Source of the DNA: Mytilus edulis
Lineage: Eukaryota
DNA length: 64,000 nucleotides
Assembly: GCF_963676685.1 (NCBI RefSeq)
Contig: NC_092346.1
Coordinates: forward strand, 106,268,001-106,332,000
Reading direction: 5' to 3'
The translations under genes were made by a program, and so were the position numbers. Numbering within the stretch: the stretch's first letter is position 1; each line of letters starts with the position of its first letter. Shown here piece after piece: positions 39,101 to 51,100 of this stretch. The notes under the pieces were generated by a model. The model made no database searches. It was given only the letters and a program-made list of their open reading frames with translations, and was not told the DNA's origin.

Positions 39101-42100
39101 ATAAGGAACATGTGTACTAAGTTTCAAGTTAATTGGACTTCAGCTTCATCAAAAACTACCTTGACCAAAAACTTTAACCTGAAGTGGGACGAACGGACGG
39201 ACACACAGAGGAACGGAGGCACAGACCAGAAAACATAATGCCCCTCTACTATTGTCGGTGGGGCATAAAAAGAATGTCAGATGTTGTTTCCATTATTATT
39301 ACAGAAGCAAAATTTAATACTTCTTGATTGTTGTTGGTCATCTCAATGAGATTGATTTTCTCGCTTGAGCTGGTATAGAGAAAAGCAATTGAGTTGAGAT
39401 GACCAATGATAATCTGTTTATCGCTATTCTACCTATGAAGACGTTAATTTCATTGACAATGACATGTGCGCTCTTAGTTTCTAGCTATAATTTTTCATAA
39501 CTCTCTAGAGTACTGAGAAGTTCCGATTATCAGGTTTTCTACATATAGCCGCTTCACATAATGTGAAAATTTTTAGCTCTTTCGCTGCACTCATTGTGGC
39601 TCACAGCTGATATTTATGATATCTTTTTGAAGAAAACCGGATTATCTGTTTATCTTTCTATTACTGGTCTTTTCCCTCTTCCTAAGACAGTTTTATACTT
39701 GGCAGAAGCAAGCTTGATTACGTCTCCTCTCGCATTGTGACGTCGCTGATAACTTCTCCTCTCACATTGTGACGTTGCTGATAATGCCTGGTCTCGTTTT
39801 GAGGCCTTGATACAAGAATTGCAGAGCGACAGAGCAGGGTGATATAGGTATAGGGAAGGACAATAAGTAATTTTAGTAACAACTTAGCAGAGTGATATAG
39901 GCAGTGGGATGACCAATAAAAGAAATTATCAGTCAGCAAGATCAAAGGAAAATTTTTGTAAAAATAGCATTACAATTTATTGTCTGGCAAATTCTTACCT
40001 TGGATAAAGCATACAAGTGTTCTGGTAGAACTGACTGTTCAGGTTCTATCTCTATTGCCTTTAACAGACTTGGACAGATATAATTCCACATCTCTGCTAC
40101 ATACTGATCTCCACGAATCTTAGCACAGTCTATTAAGAACGGTAGACTTTCTGAGGCTGCTATTCTAATGTCTTTTTCAAGGTTAAAGAAAATTTTAATG
40201 TCACATTACAGTTGAAACACTGATATATATATACATAATATTAACTTCAAAACAGATAAGTAAAAAAAGAACATTTTAACTATTGATGCAAGAAATAAGA
40301 AATGAAACAGACTTATGAGATGATTTAACATGCCAGTATAAGTATATTGTGTATGATGTCTAACCATGTAACTGGCCAAACAACATTGGTCAACCACAAT
40401 GGCCATATGTTAAAACCATGGAACCCTTATATAATCAGAGAAATGGTCAGATACTATCTAGCAACATAAATGATTTCATCATTAATCAAAATGTAAGGTA
40501 TACATCACTCCATTCCCTTTATTCACTACATCAAGACAAATTCCTTCATTCACTACTTCAAGACAATCTCTTATCTATTTCCTAAATTTACTTACAACTG
40601 TAAGGGATGATACTGGACAAACAACATTGGTCAACACGGGAACACCTATCATGTATGATTTCTGACCATGATACTGGTCATCACTGTATAAAGGATACCA
40701 TCTTCGAAGTAGAACTTTAACAAAGGGACCATTGTCCTGACCACTTCCTCTGCGTACTCAGCAAAACCTTCCTTTAGTTCTCTTGCGTAACACACTAACA
40801 TCTGACATGCTGTTGTTTTCTCTTCTAAACCAGCTGTTCTAATACCAAAACTTTGCTGTAAAACAATGGAACAATATTTAAGAACCTGACAACTGCCTAA
40901 CACACTTAACATTATAAAAATCGGAAGATGTGGTATGATTGCACTAACACAGCTCTCAACTAGAGATTTAATGACAGAAGTTAACATAGGTCAGAATAAC
41001 CTTCATTTGATTTTATTTCATGATAATTGATTAATATGTGTATATTATTTGCAGTGTTTTCACTACAGTGAGAAAGTCATTAGATGGATTGTGCAAAAAG
41101 TTTTACCATAAAACACATGCAGTAGAAAATCCTGTAAAATTTTCAGAGATGTACAGCAATTGAATTATTCTTAACCAGGAAGAAAAATAGAGCAAAATTT
41201 CTATACTTTTCCTTAATCATTTTTATTTAATGTATACACAATGTTTATATCAGTATGTTGCTGATGAAATAAATACTGTACCTGTTCCCCTACATTGACA
41301 AACTCCCAGTCTGTATCACCTTGCATGTCTTACCTGTTCCCCTACATTGACAAACTCCCAGTCTGTATCACCTTGCATGTCTTACCTGTTCCCCTACATT
41401 GACAAACTCCCAGTCTGTATCACCTTGCATGTCTTACCTGTTCCCCTACATTGACAAACTCCCAGTCTGTATCACCTTGCATGTCTCTTATTTCATCACC
41501 TGAAAAAAACAAGTAATAGTTCTTCATCAGAACACTGTGTCTGCTGCTGTAAGTGTACACATTTAATGAAAACCACCAAAAAACGATGTCCAATTCTCAA
41601 ATATTCCATGTAATTTTACGAAAAGGTATAAATGTCTGAAAAACTAAGACTGTTTCTTAATTATGTTAATTTTAACAACAGGAAGAATTAATAATACTAC
41701 AATTTAATAAGTCCATTTATTAGAAAAATGGGGAAGCTCATCACTAACATTTAACTTAATAAAGGAACATAACTCAAGAATGGTAAAAGTGACACAATCC
41801 TAATTCGAACTTGATCTGTGTAGTGTGGTATTAAGCATTATGTTTCATAAAATTTGGTTGAGGCAAAAGTAAAGAGAAGAGAATCTATTTTTGGATGTAC
41901 ATATAGAAAAGGGTAACACTAAATGCTTCCTCAAGTTATTGATGTCTGAAAATCGCTGTTTCCGTTCTCCAATTTTTTTTTTAAAGATAAGTGATATAAC
42001 TTCATTATTGAGATATTTTTTGTTGCACAAAAGTAAAAATACTAGTCTGTGACTACCTAACAACAGGCAATCCCAGATATAGTTCCTTTAAACAAAGTGT

Positions 42101-45100
42101 TGAGCTAATTATCTATACTTACTGTCAAGCAGTGCAACCTCTGGCTTGAGGGAAGCTGCTTTTAAAACAGGTGGCATTACTAATGGCAAGTATTGCTGGA
42201 ATTCTTTACCTAGAATCTTACACATTCTAGCCCAGGCTGATATCATGTAGGATATCTGAAATGAGAGAGTGATTCTTAACTAGTTAGTCATTTAACTTAA
42301 TCTTTTGACCATCAACTCAAATTTACTTCCATTGGAAGTCTACTTCTATTACAAGTCAACAAATAAAGGTATAATGGTGAAGATAAAGGTCAGATACTAT
42401 CTAGCAAAGGCCATTTTCATCATATATCAAAGTTTGCATTTATCCATCATTCCAATGTCTTCACCTTACCAATACCTGCCATTCATGCAGGCAAACTATA
42501 TCAACTTCATCAAGAGTACAATGCATTGAAAAACATATGTACCTGTTGAGTTAATGAGATATTATATTGCTCCCAAGTTTAGGACTTTCTGGAGAATTGG
42601 GTGATCAGTACTCAGACTATATAGATAGCAAGGAAATTAACAGCTGGCATCTGTCTCAAAATTGTTAAAAGATCCATCTTCAAATAGAAAAATCATACAT
42701 CATTTGATTCTTTGTTTATTTACTCCAAGAATGTGTAACTCTTCTTCAAAGTGACCCCAAAATCAATAGGCACATTCTGCTCCTTATAAGTGACCAAAGT
42801 CAGCTAAGGTGGCAGTCTTATATAAACTATTTTATGATTCATGGATCAGTGGTGATCTGGAAACCAAGGTGACTAATGGGTCAGTGGTTTCTGGTTATTC
42901 ATATATGACATGTGATGGCAACACACCACAATGGCCAAATGTTAAAACCATGGAAACCTTAAATAATCAAAGAAATGGTCAGATACTATCTAGCAACATA
43001 AATAATCAGAAAAATGGTCAGATACTATCTAGCAACATAAATAATCAGAGAAATGGTCAGATACTATATAGCAACATAGATAATCAGAGAAATGGTCAGA
43101 TACTATCTAGCAACATAAATAATCAGAGAAATGGTCAGATACTATATAGCAACATAAATAATCAGAGAAATGGTAAGATACTATCTAGCAACATAGATAA
43201 TCAGAGAAATGGTCAGATACTATCTAGCAACATAAATAATCAGAGAAATGGTAAGATACTATCTAGCAACATAAATCATCAGAGAAATGGTCAGATACTA
43301 TCTAGCAACATAAATCATCAGAGAAATGGTCAGATACTATCTAGCAACATAAATCATCAGAGAAATGTGCAGATACTATCTAGCAACATAAATCATCAGA
43401 GAAATGGTCAGATACTATCTAGCAACATAGATCATCAGAGAAATGGTCAGATACTATCTAGCAACATAAATCATCAGAGAAATGGTCAGATACTATCTAG
43501 CAACATAGATCATCAGAGAAATGGTCAGATACTATCTAGCAACATAGATCATCAGAGAAATGGTCAGATACTATCTAGCAACATAAATAATCAGAGAAAT
43601 GGTCAGATACTATCTAGCAACATAAATAATCAGAGAAATGGTCAGATACTATCTAGCAACATAAATGATTTCATTATTTATCAAAATGTTAGGTATACAT
43701 CACTCCATTCCCTGCCACTAACTACATCCAGACAATCTCTTATCTATTTCCTAAATGTAAATTAACATGTAACTGACAGAAGGTTTAATTTACTGCTGTA
43801 CTCATATTTATACATTTTCACCTACTATGTTTTGTTATCACACTGTTGTCAATATCATGGAATTTTATATGACTGTCATACAAGTGTGAGGTTAAGTTAG
43901 CTTTAAAACCAGTTTTATTCGAAGAATTTTCAAGGAAATGTCTGTACCAAGTCTGGATATGACCATTGTTTTCCATGTGGATGTCTGTATCAAGTCTGGA
44001 TATGACCATTGTTTTCCATGTGGATGTCTGTACCAAGTCTGGATATGACCATTGTTTTCCATGTGGATGTCTGTATCAAGTCTGGATATGACCATTGTTT
44101 TCCATGTGGATGTCTGTACTAAGTCTGGATATGACCATTGTTTTCCATGTGGATGTCTGTACCAAGTCTGGATATGACCATTGTTTTCCATGTGGATGTC
44201 TGTACCAAGTCTGGATATGACCATTGTTTTCCATGTGGATGTCTGTACCAAGTCTGGATATGACCATTGTTTTCCATGTGGATGTCTGTACCAAGTCTGG
44301 ATATGACCATTGTTTTCCATGTGATTGAAGTGTATGAGCTTTTGATTTTGCTATTTGATAAGAGACTTTCCAATTTCCCTCCGAGTTGGGTATTTTGCTA
44401 TTTGATAAGAGACTTTCCAATTTCCCTCCGAGTTGGGTATTTTGCTATTTGATAAGAGACTTTCCAATTTCCCCTGAGTTGGGTATTTTGCTATTTGATA
44501 ATTAAGGGACTTTCCAATTTCCCCCGAGTTGGGTATTTTGCTAAGTGATAAAGGACTTTCCAATTTCCCTCCGAGTTGGGTATTTTGCTATTTGATAAGA
44601 GACTTTCCAATTTCCCTCCGGGTTGGGTATTTTGCTATTTGATAAGGGACTTTCCAATTTCCCTCCGAGTTGGGTATTTTGCTATTTGATAAGAGACTTT
44701 CCAATTTCCCCTGAGTTGGGTATTTTGCTATTTGATAATTAAGAGACTTTCCAATTTCCCTCCGGGTTGGGTACTTTGCTATTTGATAAGGGACTTTCCA
44801 ATTTCCCTCCGAGTTGGGTATTTTGCTATGTGATAAAGGACTTTCCAGTTTCCCCCGAGTTGGGTATTTTTATTATTTTACTTTTTGAATACCTGTGGAT
44901 CATCGTCCTCCATTTCACTCAGATCTGTTTGTGTCTTCAATAACATCTGCATCACGTCACTACAGTCCTGTAAAAACTGGAAAACAGAAATATAAATGTG
45001 AACATGATTACATACTATAATTACATCACTAGTCCTGGAAAATAAATGTAAACATGATTAAGTCCTACACTAAGTCCAGTTAAAAACAGAGGTAAAGATA

Positions 45101-48100
45101 TAAGGGTGTAGACAAAGGTCAGATACTATCTAGCAAAGGTCATTTTCATCATATATCAAAGTTTGCAGTTATCCATCATTCCAATGTCTTCACCTTGTCA
45201 ACATTCATAACTTGCCAGGGGATGCCTTGAATTAGAGGAGTAATGCCTTGAATGAGACGAGTAAAACAGACCAAAACACAAAATCTTGACCTTACCCCTG
45301 AACCATGAAATAAGGTCAAGGTTAGATATGACACCTGCCAGTTCAACATATACACCTTACAATCATGCCATACACCAAATAAAGTAAACATATTGCTTAC
45401 AATAACTGAGACATAAATTGACCATGGAAATATAACCTTGTTCACTGATCCATGAAATGAGGTCAAGGTCAAGTGAAAACTGTCGGATGGGCATGAGGAG
45501 CTTTCAAGACAAGCACATAATAAAACATGATTAAAACCAATAATTAAATCACTGTAGTCCAGTCAAAAACAGAAATAATGATATAATGGTGTAGACAAAG
45601 GTCAGATACTATCTAGCAAAGGTCATTTTCATCAGATATCAAAGTTTGCAGTTATCCATCATTTCAATGTCTTCACCTTGTCATCATTCATAACTTGCCA
45701 GACAGGGATAGAACTTAAGACTTTGGCAATGGTAACCCACAGCTTAAATTTTGTAGCCCATATATATAGTCCTATACAAGAAAACCAATAATTTAAGTAG
45801 CCCACACCAAATTTTAGGGGCCATTGGCCTGTGGGCGCTAATTTCATACCCTGCCAGGGGATGCCTTGTATGAGACAAGTAAAACAGACCAAAACACAAA
45901 ATTTTTACCTTACCCCTGAACCATGAAATAAGGTCAAGGTTAGATATGACACCTGCTAGTTGGACATATACACCTTACAATCATGCCATACACCAATTAT
46001 AGTATACATATTGCTTACAATAACTGAGATATGGACTTGACCATGGAAATATAACCTTGTTCAACGAGGTCAAGGTCAAGTGAAAGCGGTCCGACAGGCA
46101 CGAGGAGCTTGCTAAATAAGCAAATAATAAAACAGTTGTCCTACTACTCATAATAATAGAGAAATTAAGATTTCTCAATCGTCTACATTCTGAAACATTA
46201 AGCTTTTAATAAGTTTGTTATTGCTGCCGCTGCCTGATCACTACCCCTATGTCAACCTTTCTGTGACAGAAGTCACAGGATTGAAAAAAATATATTACAT
46301 ACTATAATCACATCAGTGTAGGCCATACAAAATAGAAATAAAGGTAAAATGGTAAAGACAAAGGTCAGATACTATCTAGCAAAGGTCATTTTCATCCGAT
46401 ATCAAAGTTTGCAGTTATCCATCATTCCAGTGTCTTTACCTAAACATATTTCATAACTTCACAGGGAATGCCTTGTACATGACAAACTTTCTTGTAGAAA
46501 AATCATGCAAAGTTACTTGTCTTAACTCCAAAAGATTATAAATTAGAGAACAAAAAGTATTTGTGACTAACCCACAAAAGTAGATTACTATATATAGACC
46601 TTATGCAGATATATCAGCTGAGCCCTAAAAACTATGCCCTTTTCTGAAGGTTTTTCTGGGTTGTTCCTGACAGACCTACCATGTCATGTAACATGTAACT
46701 GCATGTTATGTCATTGAACATACCTTTTCTTTGCCTACAGCTAATCCTATAAGACTAATACATTCTATGGTTTTCCCTCGTAAAAGTCTCATTTCTTTAG
46801 TTACAGCATTCTGCATGATATATTTGAGACATGGCATGAATCTGTCGTAATACTGTGTAAATTTCTCCTCAACCGTATCAGCTACTGATGCTAGGGCTGT
46901 TACCACTTGTTCCAACACTAACTTGACACCCCTCTCTAATAACTATGGAAGAAACATTAACAAACATAATGATGAAAAAATATAAATACATCTACGCAAC
47001 AGATAACAAAATGAATGAAATCAATGTGTTCTTTTGTGATGTTCAGGTTTTTTTTGTTTTTTTTCAAAAATCCACAGCAAAAAGCTTTAAGGTTGAAAAT
47101 TTGCCAGCTATTTTCTGTCTCTCAGTTTTTTGTTTTTAAAGTTTTTGTGTTTTTTGCTAAAGATATAATTTCACATATAACTTTTTTTTTTTAATTACAT
47201 GGTGTTCTCAATTTTCATCATTTGGTGGATGTTTAAAACAACTTCAAAGGTTTTTTTTATCAATAAATTATGTCTTCATCATTTCAAGCTCAAGAATTTT
47301 TAAAAGTCATGATGATTTGTGAATATTGGAAAATACAAGTAAAGACAAAGGTCAGATACTATCTAGCAAAGGTCATTTTCATGATATATCAAAGGACAAT
47401 ATACATGTTGTTTACTGTTATTACTGAATTACTAACCAGAAAAACATAATGCCCCTCTAATATGTATTTAAAGGTCAGACATCAAATAGCAATAGTCAAG
47501 ACAAAGGTCATTTTCATCTGATATCAAAGGAAAATAGTTATTTATCATTCCAATTTCTTTACTGCTATGTGAAATTACTCTTTTTAACAATTCCAATACT
47601 AGGGGTAAATTGTTTGTATAAGACAATGACATGTGACACAGTGTGCTCTTATTTCACAGGATAATTTTGTTAAATTTGACCCCAGGCATACAAATAATTG
47701 TCATTCTTACCTCTTTAAATTTACTACTAAGAACTTGTTCCATTTTATCTAAAATGACATCTAAATATTGAGAGAGTACAATTTTTGGACATTCCTCAGC
47801 AAAATTGACCAGTGCTGCTGCCCCATGTGACTGTACTCTGGGATTAGCATTGTCATCCATAATCTGTAATAATTCTGGAACAACCTGTAATATAGGAAAA
47901 CTCAGCTAAATTCTAGTTCAAACTCATTTTAAAGGAAGGCCACTACTTGTAATAATTCTAGTCCTAAAATATGTGTTGGGTTTGTGGAAATTCTGCTATA
48001 ATTTGGAATGCACATGTTTTAAATAATTCTGATACATTGAAAAATATCTGGATATAAATTTACAATTCTGTTACAACTTGAAAAACTTACTGTGGATTCA

Positions 48101-51100
48101 TCTATTTTAATGGGTACTAATGTTCCTTGATTTTTAATTTTGTAGTTTTGTCGAAAAAATGCATACAATCCTTTAAAAAAATTGTTAATTGTTGAACATT
48201 TAATTCTGTGATTAATCTGTATCCACAATATCCCCGAAAATTTGTATCCAAGGAATAATAATGTATCCACAGTATATAAAATCGAAAATCAAGCCTTTTT
48301 ATTTTATGGAATTCTTTCATTCCTTCTATGACTCATATTTATGTTGTGATGTTACACTATTAGGGTAAAGGTTTGGTACCATTAAAATGTTTAAACCTGC
48401 TGCAATTGTTTGTACCTGTCCTAAGTCAGGAATCTGATGTTCAGTAGTTGTCATTTGTTGATGTGGTTCTCAACTGTTTCTTGTTTCTCTTTTTTTATAT
48501 AGATTAGACTGTTGGTTTTCCCATTTGAAAGGTTTTACACAAGTTAATTTTTAGGGCCCTTTATAGCTTGCTGTTCGGTGTGAGCCAAGAATCTTTGTTG
48601 AAGACCGTACTTTGACCTATAAGGGTTTACTTTTATTGAGTGTGACTTAGATGGAGAGTTGTCTCATTTGCACTAATTCCACATCTTCTCAGATATCTAT
48701 TAGAAACAAGTTTTAAATGTCTTCATACAAGGTTAAAACAAATATAATTGTAGGGTCTGGAATGAATATCTTACCCTGTTATGATATTTCTTTTGAAATA
48801 AGGGACCAAAATCTCTACACAGCTGACCAATAGCATTACATCCAGCATATCTAACTCTTGGGTGCTGCAAGAAAAAACAACAATTAACTTTTCAATTGAC
48901 AGAACTTAATTGCATTGTAGCTTTTTTTTTATCATTGTTAGTTAACTCATGGAAGTAATATTTAGAAGGAATAACAACGACTAATTAGCATGTATTTATA
49001 GCATGCTGAGCTCTGTACTAAAGTCATACGATTTCATCCAATTATAGTCTCAGCGGTAAGACGCCTTTGGTTACTATCTGCGTTACCGCGGTTGTAAAAG
49101 GCATCTGGAATTTCTTATCAGTCACATGGTTTTATCGAGTCCGGTAATTATAACGCACCTGTGGGAAATCCCTTGTTTATTAATAACAAGGTAGCGCTGT
49201 ATCACATAGAATATCTACCTTTAGAAAGAAATCGAATGGTGAAAAAAACTTGAAAAAATGGACGAGAATTGTTCAAACTACAGCAGTTTAACATGGAAAA
49301 TTGTATTTAATTTAGCATATTTTTGCTTTTTACCGTTTGTTTTAAACTGTTCTAAAAGTATTTTCCGGTTAAAAGCGGATCCCGAGTTAAACAGTTAAAT
49401 ACCGATGAATCGATCAGGTTTCACATGATGTTTAACAAAATAATGTAGGCAAATGTAGGCATAGATTTTTTTACTGTTGAAATGTGCAAAGTTTATCGAG
49501 ATTGAATGAAATAATATTTACTTTCAAGTATTCTAAATTTATGTATATGTCATAAATGTCATTGATTGCATTATTGAAACTGGACAACTAAAACGGGGAT
49601 AATATTTTCGTAAATATATATTTAAAAAGTGTTAATTGTGGAATGCTTGTACTAATATAATAAGCTATACAGCAAAAAATATAACAAACCGACGAAATGG
49701 GCTTGCATCTATCTGTCTTACGGTAAATTCATTTTTACACAAATTAGTTTATGTATCAAGAACTTAAATTGAAGGATAGAACCGTTTAGAATTGTTAATA
49801 ATTTAATTGACTATAAATACACGAGAGATTTAGATTTTTAGTATTTAATAAAGGGTGTCCAAACATATTTTTTGTACAGTCATCTTCTTAACTTTATACG
49901 GAAATGGTTTTTTAATTGTCTGTAAATTTTAAAATTGAAATGACACAACTTTGTTCTCCAATTTCGTATGTGATAGCTGTCGGTTTTAACTATTAAGTTC
50001 AAACTAACCAAAAATAGGGAAAAATTGGACTAAAATAAAAATTGAACGAATGACTCTTTTCAGCAGCGTACATCAACGGAATGTAACGAATGGACTATTC
50101 GGGTTACTTCGCATGTATATTCGACAAAAACTTGTCTGTTCGTAGTTCTCCGTGAACACGAAAATGACCGATAAGTGTCAGTGATTTGATCGATCACATG
50201 CGGAGAATAAACTTCCATGCCAGATATTGAACCAATTAACGAGTTATTGAAAGATGGGCGGTAACGCAGATGAAACCTTTGAAGTGACGACGATGTTATT
50301 CCTTCCAATATTACTTCCATGGTTAACTCCACAAAAAATAGAAAATTTCAGCATATTCAGACTGTTAGAGGAAAACTTTTTCACAGACAAGATTTTTACA
50401 ATTATACAAAATATGACAAATTACCTTTGTTCTAAATTTTAGTTATTAACTTTTTTTTCCAAAGAAAATTGCTTATAAAAACAGAATCCCTTTACTTGAA
50501 ATGTATGAGTGTAATAAAAGTTTGTTTCACACATATAACTTACTGGATCTTTAAGGAATGGTAAAACAGCATCCAGTATATTATTAAGCATTCCTTCCAT
50601 CTGCTGGTGACAACCTTCAGCACAGGCAGAAATAGCCATCAATGCAGCATGTCTATATCTCCAGTCACCTGTCAAAATAAAGTAAATCTATCAGTCTCCG
50701 ATCACATGTCAAAATTAACATAAAACCTATGGAATTCCAGTCACATATTAAAATTAACATAAAACCTGTGGGATTCCTGTCAAAAATCTGTGGTATGTTT
50801 GCTAGGATATGTGGTAATTTACCATTCTGTAAAATCTGTGGTATGTTTGCTAGAATATGTGGTAACTTACCATTCTGTAAAATCTGTGGTATGTTTGCTA
50901 GGATATTTGGTAACTTACTATTCTGTAACATCTGTGGTATGTTTGCTAGGATATTTGGCAGCCTAGCTTTCACATTGTAAACTTACCATTCTGTAACATC
51001 TGTGGTATGTTTGCTAGGATATGTGGAAGCATCGTTTTGCCACCTAAGGCACAAGCCAGTCTATCTAGGGCACTTTCAGCTGCTATACTATTGCTATAAA

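Noticed and set aside
42809-43765. 318-aa N/Q-rich ORF as a novel repeat protein
   Set aside because: By-product of a stop-free 39-bp minisatellite within a dispersed intronic element, antisense to IPO5, with a GTG start
43818-44563. Overlapping repetitive ORFs
   Set aside because: Translations of the 43- and 47-bp minisatellites
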